DNA from: Nemertoderma westbladi
Taxonomy: Eukaryota > Animalia > Xenacoelomorpha
Length of the DNA: 59,187 nt
Assembly (NCBI GenBank): GCA_032718475.1
Contig: JAUCBJ010006530.1
Coordinates: forward strand, 1 to 59,187
Direction of reading: 5' to 3'
Shown here piece by piece: positions 49,702 to 59,187 of the stretch. The notes under the pieces are model-generated. The model was given only the letters and a program-made list of their open reading frames with translations. It did no database searches and was not told the DNA's origin. The first letter of the stretch is position 1, and every line of letters starts with the position of its first letter. A program made the position numbers and the translations under genes.

Positions 49702-52446
49702 TAGAATGTTACAAAAATAACTTTTTTGCCCCAATTGCTTGGAAACTTTGACATGTTTTGCCATTTTAATATAGAAGTACAATGCAAAAAACCGTTTTGA
49801 AAAATATTTAGTGGAAAAGGTGTCACACGAGTCACAAAAACTGAGAGATTTAACAAAATATAGCAGTTTTAATTTACTGATAAATCTAGCGATAGATGAT
49901 TGCAATGATCTGAAACTCATGTTATGTAATGCATATATCATGGGCTTTCCAATAACGTTTTTTGCATTGTGAAATTGACAAGATCAGATGTGCCACATTG
50001 AATTTGAAAAATTGAATTTTTAAAAAAAATCTGAGAAATTTAACAAAATATAGCAGTTTTAATTTACCGATAAAATTGCAATGATCTGAAACTCATGTTA
50101 TGTAATGCATATATCATGGGCTTTCCAATAACGTTTTTTGCATTCTGAAATTGACAAGATCAGAGGTGTTACATTGAGTTTGAAAACTTAACTAATTCTA
50201 TATGGGAATGTGCTGGTCCCCCCTGAGTTAGTTCAACTATTACTGACCTGGCCATCTTTACATTGCCGCCATACACAGTAACTAACCTGTCATAAGCCGC
50301 CTCAGAGGCATTGTCATCACCTATAAACGTACCACCAATTCCTTCAGTTGACCTCTCAACTGTTGGTATAAGTAGTTGAATTTGTCAGTCAGTGAGAAAT
50401 CCTGTTGTGCGACATTGGTCTTGATATAGTTGATGAAGGTTCTCCAATGTTTAGATAAACCAGTGAAGTGCGGAGGATGTAATGGAGGAAGACTGTGTCT
50501 CGCACTGAACCTAAAAAACTCCACTGCGATTGAGTTGACCATAGTATTGTCTTCCCTTCCTACCCGTTGATGGACATCAGTTGGAATCGGTTCCAACGGA
50601 TGGGTAGGATAACTTACCTGTGGACGAGTCCGCGAATTCGTCCTGTGATAGGTTACCTTCTCACTGACTGGTGGTCTATAGTCAATCTCAAATTCTGAGT
50701 CTGTCTGAATATTTATAACTGGGCATTATTGCAATTGTGGTGTTTTAAACTTGGGATAGTCTTCAGGACATTCTTTTGTTCTTCTGTTGTTCCTGTACTC
50801 TAAGTTTTTCATTCTCCTGTTGAGCTCGCTCTACATGGTCATTGACCTCAGGGATATTACACCTAACATGGTCGAACTCCTTATCCACCTGCACTTTGAC
50901 GTTCTTTGATTTCTTTGCTACACTTCTTGCACAACACTACATACAGTTTGAACTTGTCCCTGTACCTGTTGGACTTGTGACTGAATATGTTGGACTTTAC
51001 CTTTTTCTATGGATGACTTCATCCCACACCTCCTTATTACCTTCCCTAATTGCTAAATTTAATTGATACATATGGATCTTGGGCTTACCTGGAGTAGGAC
51101 TTGGATTAAACCGCTCACAGTCTCGAGCTCCATCCCACTCGGCTTGATCGCCTTCGTTAGTCACAAATCTTTACCGAGACTCTACTTGAGGTCGTAGATG
51201 TGGTTGGTTCTAATTGGTCTCTAGGTTCGGGCTCATGGCAACCTCCGGGGTGACTTATCTGGTTTCCAGGAGTCCCAGCATCCACTGGGTCCAACCAATC
51301 CTTGGCTACCAGTCTATAGATTTATTGCGCATAATGTTGATGTGCTTCTATGGGGTTGGCTCCATGTATCTCTTTGAAGCGCACAATCGATGGTTCAGGC
51401 TGCTGATTAGTGACTCAGCGCCGTCTCATTGTTTAGCAGGGATTGAGCCTGCTCGAGTTCTTGAGCAATCCATTTGCTGTCGATCCTCCAATTCATAGGC
51501 CTCCTGTTGCGATTTGGCCGCAGCCAACTGTCTTTGTTGTTCTAGAATTAATTCCTCCTTGTGTTGTTCCATCTCGAGTTTCTTCCTGGTGATGTCGCGT
51601 TGATGAGCCAAATGTTTGTTCTCTTCATTGACTGCTCACATTGAGTCGGGCTTACTGACTGCGTACCGGCCTACCGATTTTAGCAGTCTTCCGACATTGG
51701 CAGTATTCCGTCCAAAAATTGGTAGTAGGCCTACCGGACCGGTTTAACTGCACGAATTGAACAAAATCACCTATTATTAAATTTTTAATTTTAAATTATA
51801 TGTAATTGTGGAAATGCTGCAATTTAATATTATTGTACTGTTGTTGTTGTAGTCTACTGTCCTACTGTACTTCAGTACTTTGTTGCATGGCCTTTATGAA
51901 TGAAGCAAAAGGGTCATGGAGTAACAGTAGTAGATGAAGTAGGTGCGTAGTACTGGTAAGGAGATTCACACACTCAGTTTTCATACATTTAGATCTTCAA
52001 TTTTGAAATTGTAAAAATGATAAATGTATTACATAACATGAGTTTCAGATCATTGCAATCATCTGTCGCTAGATTTATCGGTAAATTAAAACTGCTATAT
52101 TTTGTTAAATTTATCAGATTTTTTTTAAAAATTCAATTTTTCAAACTCAATGTGACACATGTGATCTTGTCAATTTCACAAGGCAAAAAACGTTATTGGA
52201 AAGCCCATGATATATGCATTACATGACATGAGTTTCAGATCATTGCAATCATCTAGCGCTAAATTTATCAGTAAATTAAAACTGGTATATTTAGTTAAAT
52301 TTCTCAGATTTTGTGACTCGTGTGACACCTCTTCCACTAAATGTTTTTCAAAACGGTTTTTTGCATTGCACTTCTATATTAAAATGGCAAAATATGTCGA
52401 AGTTTCCAAGCAATTGGGGCAAAAAAGTGATTTTTGTAACACCCTA
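49702..52446. mobile_element. Long-TIR (Mutator/foldback-like) non-autonomous element carrying a BEL gag fragment
   Basis: ~450-480-bp inverted arms (49702-~50187, ~52005-52446) built of internal ~190-bp repeats; flanks CCAGACAATT / CCAGACATGT (8/10 match, putative 10-bp TSD). Confidence 0.7.
50270..51640 (-). pseudogene. BEL/Pao gag fragment (family related to element B)
   Basis: LPPLHPPHFTGLSKHWRTFINYIKTNVAQQDFSLTDKFNYL aligns with B gag FSGKTKHWRTLVDYVESQIAKCAFTLTEKFNYV; Q/E-rich coiled-coil piece at 51426-51611. Confidence 0.8.
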
Positions 52447-53265
52447 CCAGACATGTACCATGACTGGCTAGATTGAGGGGACTACCGGTTGTCAGCGCCT
52501 CAAGAACCCCAGTAGTTCCAGTTAGGGAGGACCGAATGACCCCTCCGCAAGAAGGGATCTGAATCCCGATTTTTCCAACTTTTCGTCGACTGTTCCAGGA
52601 GAAGTACTTCTGCAGTCACTTCTGCAACATGTTTTCGTCATTACATTTGTATTGTGTGATATAATATACAAAGCGGCTCAGACGGGCAACTGAGGAGCCA
52701 TGACCATCACGCAGTTCTACAAACACTCTGTCCACACTGGTACTGGGTTTAAGATTATATATATTACTTGAGTTTATATATATTACTCAGCGGTTTCAAT
52801 TATAGTATTATACTATAATTATATTAGATATAGAATTATACAGTTATAGTAGATATAGTATATATAGAGCATAGGGGCTGTGTCACATATTACGTAACGC
52901 TCAGAAGGGGGGGAGGGGTCTGCCTGAAACGTTACTATTTTGTTACAGAGGGGGTGGGGGGGTTCGGGAATAATCGTTACGTAACGCTGAAATCTGGGTA
53001 AGAAAGTAAATTATATCAATTTGCCAAAAGTTACAATATAAAACATTTATATTTAAATATGAAAGTCTTTAATATAACTTTCATAAAATTATTATTGATT
53101 ACAATACTCCCATTGGATGCAATAAACCTATAGGCCAGGTAACTTAGTGCCCGAATACTAACAGTGGCCCAAGTGGCCCTAAATGCTAGGTAGTATCTGA
53201 GGGAATAAGACCCCATGTCCTATTTTATTGTTTTCATATTAATAACTTGGTGATTGACAACTTAA

Positions 53266-53430
53266 CCCTTTACTGCATGAATTATTGATGCTCCAAAGAA
53301 AAAAATTATTTTGGTGTTTTTCACAGTCATTTAGGTGTAAAAAACCTAAAAATTGGGAATTTTTTTTTTTTTAAATATACTAGCACTTTTTGCACCTCTG
53401 TTGCACTAGTGCAACATCATGCATAAAGGG
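53266..53430. mobile_element. Small piggyBac-like MITE (degenerate right end)
   Basis: TTAA-CCCTTTACTGCATGA ... TCATGCATAAAGGG. Confidence 0.45.
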
Positions 53431-55319
53431 GATAGAAATATACATAATATTTGGCAAATTGTAAAGATGATTGTTTTCTTGATTCTTGTGTTGTACGGTT
53501 TTATGAGGGTTATGAATTCCATGGAATATATAAAAATGGCATGAGACATCTCAAACTTCTATATTTCCGCGGTAAATCGAAAATTTGGTGCTAGCACCAC
53601 TTTTTGAAAATCCTTGCAATAGATGAATTGATTGTAACATATTGTTTCATATTGTTTAACTAACATATTGCGTTATACTGGTTTATGGCGATTCTGAAAG
53701 TAATGAAATTTTTAAAAATGACACTAGAAATCTCAAACTTGTATTTTTCGGTGGTGGGTGGAAAATTTGGTGCTAGCACCAATTTTTGAAAATACTTGAA
53801 ATAGATAAATTGATTGTGACATCTTGGGGTCACTAGACATCTCAAAATCGCATTTTTTGGCGGTGGGTGTAAAATTTGGTGCCCGGCACCAAATTGTGTA
53901 AATATAGCCAATAGTAATTGTTGTGCGACATATTGTTTCCCGCGTTATACGATTCATAAGGGTTCTCATTAGAAAAATAAATGTTAATTTTTATGAATTT
54001 AGAATGCATTCTTTTATTCTAATATTTGCATAGGCCTGCCTATTTTTGGATAAATATTGCATTGCACGAGTTTTCTATTATTTGTGGAAATCTAAGAAAT
54101 AGTTTTTACTTTTCAAGTACCACTTCTTATCTTTCACTATTTTCAGTGTCACGTCTTTACTTTTCAGTAAGTAAGTAAGTTTTAATTATCATAATAATAT
54201 GTGAATGAATGTCTGTCAATATATCTTGTAACAAGAAAGCACAAAACCATGATAAGATTTTTGCTGTGGGGGTTTTTCCGGTCGCTGATTTCATTACTGA
54301 GGTCAGTTTTTACTTTTAATGAAATCTAGTGTGCATGTATGTCTGTCTGTCGGTCTTTCAGACTATCCGACTATCTGCCTGTCAAATATAAGAAAAAGGC
54401 ACACCATTTAGCTGCTAAAAGTTTAGCTATAGGGGTTCCCTGGTCGCAGAATTCATTTCGAGTGTCAATTTTAACATTTGATGTCTTCGAAATTGTCTGT
54501 TTGGCTGTCAGACTGTCGGTTATATTTTGACAGAGATTTAAACAAGATTCCGCTACTTCAGAAAGCGGCACACATCAATAGAATTACAGGAAAACAATTA
54601 AAATGCTCCTGGATTTAAAATTTATACAAGATATTTATTATTAAAAAGTACCTTTCTGCGTTAAATTTTATTGCAGTTTTAATGAACTATTATTTAATAA
54701 TTTCTTGTTAGGTGAACCATGTCAATGAACACCTAAATTTTTACAAAATTTGGGATAATACTTTGACAAATTAATAATCGTATTTTTGGCATTTTTGCTG
54801 CTCTACTATAAAATAGACATGTTGAAGATTGTTTCACCGTGCCACCATCGATGAAATAATATAATGAAAAAAGATCTACACCCAGAACTGCCATTGAAGT
54901 AAAAGCTCTTGTCAGCTTGTTGCTTTTATATTAATAATAAATACGGCATACGGAGTCCAACGAAACACGTACATACATATATATAAATCAGTAAATAGTA
55001 ATCTTCAATCAATACCAAATACAGGGTTGGTTCAAAAACTATACGGTTGGTTGAATTCGAATACATGCAGCAACAGTCTGACAGTAGATAGATTCGAACC
55101 AGTTCCGTCTCCACTCCTCAAAGACATAAGTATAAACAATATTAACCGCACAGCCGGTAGAAGCCTTAATGCCGTACAGTGGTAGGCCTGTAAAAGCTTT
55201 TGTGGGATAACTGATACGTTTGCCTTTGCTGGCCAGTTCTCCCCCAGGCGCTGGAATACTCTAAAAAGGTTTTCTAACTGTATATATATTCCCCTCGCCC
55301 GCAAGGTACCTTTACAGGT

Positions 55320-56403
55320 GTTTTAACGGACATAAAAATCATTCTGCTATATACGTGTTTTGGCGGACATGGTAAGGCAAAAAACTTGTAATGCACCAAC
55401 TACCTTTCACAGCTTAGCCGTGATGATTCATATTACGACATCTAGCAGCTGGTTGCTGACATGGAAACAGCCATTGGACGCGTGGTTCTTTGTTTGGCTT
55501 GGGCCAATCAGGGCGGTTTTTCCTGTCGACGTGTAGCTTTTCTGCTGATCATAAGGAGAGTGTTCTGTCTTACTGTCTTTACTTGTTACTTTGTTGTTAT
55601 TGCTGTCTAAGCCAGAAACACCGGCATTTTTGGATAGATACTGCTGTACCGTAAACTGCTTGAATTATCGAAAGTATAAACTGTTACCTCATCTAACTAA
55701 CTCATTAATCATATTGTTTGTACTGTTATTTTACCGTCAGTTATTAATTGTAAATATTTGTTGATGGAAATATCGCTATTTGGATAATACGGATAAATCA
55801 CCCAATTCCCAATTTTCTTGATAACACTACAGGTTAGAGAGACCGGCTATACATAACAATTGCGATTTATATTAATGTGGTGTGTATTGAATCCAATGTT
55901 ATTTAGCAGACCCTACGTGAGTCAATTACTGCTCTCTTTATGTGTGATCAAATGTACTGACTGTCGGCAGAATAGTGTGTATGATTGTGATTGGTAACAA
56001 AGTATTTCCTAAAGAATACGTTTTATACTTTAATCATAAGCAGTATCGTTGCGTTTAGTATAAGTCTTAGTTCTGTTTAAATAGATAAAGCGCCACGTCC
56101 TAAAGGAACTGTTAATATTTCCCGAAAGCCAATAATATCTGTCAGAGATTAATTATTAACGATCTATCGAATAATACATTAGGTATACACTGCAACCTTA
56201 CACTGTAATAATACAATTCAAGCATCCGAATTCAGTCTCCCGGGTGTAGATCCATCGGGTGAATGATCGCGCATGGGCTGACTTCGGCTAATGTTTTGCG
56301 TATTAGCATAAATTATTGTCGTATGCTAAAGTGGTTTTAATTAACGAAAAGACATATAAATTTTGGCAGGTTAAACTGCTAAAGGTCTTCGAAAGCGCGA
56401 ACA
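55320..56403. repeat. Dispersed repeat family copy 3 (diverged)
   Basis: Collinear similarity to 10422-11560; strongest at 56088-56403. Confidence 0.75.
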
Positions 56404-57291
56404 AGGCCCATCTGTCCACCTCCAAACGCAATACAGCTATACACTGAAAAGGTAGGCCTACATTCAAATGCAACAAAAATAATACAATAATAAATTAACT
56501 AGACTCGTACCGGTACTGCGGTAACCAGTATATCTGTCTCTCAAAATAACTTAAACGGGGTTATACTTTTTTAAGTACAGTAGTAACTTTCGCTCATGAG
56601 CGAAACAAAGATGTAATTATTACACTTATTATGCATTTTTGAACGAATTTACAAGAATGCGAGGTGGGGTTCAAGTCTCCCACCCTAGCTGTCAAGTCTC
56701 CCCCCATTGAGGGAGACTTGACGCTTTTTCGAAAATACGAATAATTGGTTTAATTAAAAAGGTTTAAGAGTTGAAATTCTTAAACTCTCACATAATAATA
56801 GCAAATCATAAATGTAATGTGAAAAAGTTAAAACGGCATTGAAAAATTAATTTATCTTCTCTTTAGAGCGATTATAACTAAATAAGTCCCGAATAGTCCT
56901 GGATACTTCTCAGCGGATCGGCGCAATATCCTCTTCCTCAGTCTCCGCCAGCCGGAGAAGGAAGCCCATCTCCACCTAGATGCAGCATGTCATACTGGTG
57001 TGTACAGTCTGAGGGAACTCCAACTTTACAAACTATTGTCTTACAAACACGCGGGGCCTTCGCGCAGCACGTGACTCAGTTAAGCTTAGAAGCTGTAATC
57101 CTATTACTTGTTTGTATTTACAATACACCGCCATTGAACTTCAGAATCTTTATTTTATTTGACAGACCACATTTAATTTCATCAATGATTGACTGACATA
57201 TTTAGGTTTTTATCAATTATTGTTTATTGATTCAAGATTTTACACCCTCCATCTAGCACATTATAAATAATAGTTAATTACTACAGTATGA

Positions 57292-57734
57292 GAGCCCCGC
57301 GGCCTAGCCATAGATGGCAAGAAACCAGACGGAGTGACTTTGGGCCCCTGGTCTTCAGGCCGCCCACTAGTGTGGGACTACACCTGTCGTGATACGTTGG
57401 CCCAAACGTATCTACCAGCCACATCCCAGGAAGCTGGAACAGCAGCAACCATGGCCGAATCATCCAAAGGCACTAAGTATGCAGCCCTGCAACACGACTA
57501 TATATTATTGCCATTGTATATACCATTGCGACAGAAACCCTGGGACCGGTAGGAGTCGAAGGCACTGAAACACTTCGCGAAATAGGGCGCAGGATCAGCA
57601 ATCGGACAGGGGAACCCCGTTCCACTGCATACCTGTTTCGACGCCTTTCAATAGCCACCATCCGAGGGAATGCAGTAGCAGTTCTTGGTACCCTCCCCAG
57701 TCAGGCTAGCTTGGACGAGGACTTCCTTATCTGA
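57292..57734 (+). pseudogene. CRE-like non-LTR retrotransposon 3' fragment (restriction-like endonuclease)
   Basis: EPRGL..DGKKPDGVTLGPW..GRPLVWDYTC.DT, AE..K..KY, then after a frameshift ETLG..G, YLFRRLSIATIRGNA.AVLGTLP. Confidence 0.85.
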
Positions 57735-58140
57735 AACCTCCTTCACTCCGTCACCACTTCGTCTATCCTTCTTTACCACTACCTAGTCTCTTAATCTCTA
57801 TTCTTGTCCCCACCGAGCCAATCAGTCAGTTTCCGGTCGCCATTCTCATTGTAATTCTTCTGTGTAATCGTTTATTTATTCTACCCCTTGGTAGAATTAT
57901 TATATGTTCTGTTTACACGTAATACTAATTCAATATATATTAATCGAATTTTCATTAATTGTAATTTTGCTATAGTAAGTTTTAAATCTATCTTATCTCA
58001 ACTTATCTATTGTTTGTTTACCTCTTAATTTAGAAAGCTCAAATATACAACCACTGGTTGAGCTATTGAGTGTTATCATCTCAAATATTACTGTCCAGTA
58101 TTTGGTAGTTATTTTTTTGACCCCTGTTTTTGCTCTTCCA

Positions 58141-58532
58141 GACTGTGATTCACACAGTAAGCGAATAGAACATTGAATAAAATCCAATAATAACTATTTA
58201 CATACTTGTGTGTAAAGTAGCACTTTACAGTGTGATGATCCGAGTGGCTTTGTTACACGAACGAACGTTAGTGAGTGAGTGAAAATAAAGTCACGAGGAT
58301 CAGAACACTGTAAAGTACTTTGCACCAAGTATGTACAGTTATTCCAAAATTGTAACATTACGAAATGATTTTACATATACATTATAACTTACAGTATAAG
58401 TGATAGAAACTGCACCAATTATATTTAGTTGCTGTGTAAATAAATGTAAAAGTGACATAAATTATGTTATAAATAAGTTAGCTTATATTTATGGATGGCG
58501 TTTGGAGCCATGTTATAATATAATAATATAGC
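58141..58532. repeat. Second copy of the 2262-2760 repeat
   Basis: Direct high-identity match. Confidence 0.8.
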
Positions 58533-58558
58533 TACAGTCCCGCTCTCAAAAAGCATGC

Positions 58559-58750
58559 CTTTGATCAAACATTGATCAAACTTTGATCAAACATTGATCA
58601 AAGTTTGATCAAAATGTGTCCATAGAATATCATTGAAAGTAGCATTGACATTGAAATGACATTGATGGCATATTGAAATGACCTTGAAATCGATGGACCG
58701 AAATTCCAGACTTTCTGTCTCATATTGAAATGACATTGAAATGATTTCAA
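58559..58750. repeat. Short tandem repeats (TTGATCAAAC; ATTGAAATGAC)
   Basis: Five TTGATCAAA units, then several ATTGAAATGA units. Confidence 0.6.
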
Positions 58751-59187
58751 GGTAACAGTTTACATCGCTCTTCTGCGGCATGCCTTTGAACTCAGACTCC
58801 CGCCGAGAACTGGCTTTTGTTAATGGCCAAGCCGCGATGTGATTGACAGGGCGGTGGATGGAGCTTGCTTGACTTTGTGGATGGACAGCGATTGGATTTA
58901 CATGGCAGTGTTGTTGGTCTTGTTCTTGTAGGGCAGGGCCTATTATTACACTACAACTAGTTCAGAAAAACAGCCTTTGGAATATTTTTAAATGATTGTT
59001 ATATTAGAAATTAGTTTCAATGTTCCTTAAATCAGAATCAAGGCCAAAGACCTCCATTGACGTAGCAGCGCGATGTCTGCCGTTGCATTGCCTTTGCTTA
59101 TACAGTAATTGTGTAAATTCGACAAGCTTCCTTCCTGCCCCTGTCTCTAAGTATACTAATAAATGTAATTAAAGAAATAAATATATC

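Noticed and set aside
49489-52476. Similar ORFs MIYALH(N/D)MSFRSLQSS on both strands
   Set aside because: Translations of the inverted-repeat arms, not genes.
14520-57075. Short motif GGGCCTTCGCGCA.CACG at ~14520 (-), ~17787 and ~57055
   Set aside because: Probably a terminus of a common small repeat; too short to classify without a genome search.

Overview
This is AT-rich animal (probably invertebrate) genomic DNA dominated by transposable elements. One host gene is supportable: a minus-strand secreted fibrinogen-related protein. Its signal-peptide exon (49094-48987) splices in phase 0 to a coiled-coil plus FBG exon (14080-13229) across a ~35 kb intron. That intron holds two nested BEL/Pao LTR retrotransposons. 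Element A (+, 20969-35122, 538-bp LTRs, TACCC TSD) is inserted into the 3' LTR of an older element B (-, 20940 to ~48780). Element A carries an extra ORF after integrase encoding a DEDDy-type 3'-5' exonuclease fused to three CCHC zinc knuckles. It lacks a tRNA-type PBS; instead the sequence abutting its 5' LTR is complementary to its own LTR, suggesting self-priming. Element B also lacks a TGG PBS, has a decayed extra ORF with weak exonuclease-like motifs, and contains a 20-nt hairpin motif repeated eight times in all three reading frames. The flanks contain MITEs, LINE fragments (RTE-, CR1/L2- and CRE-like), a probable hammerhead ribozyme relic and a Pack-MULE-like element. All calls were made by eye; no database searches were run.
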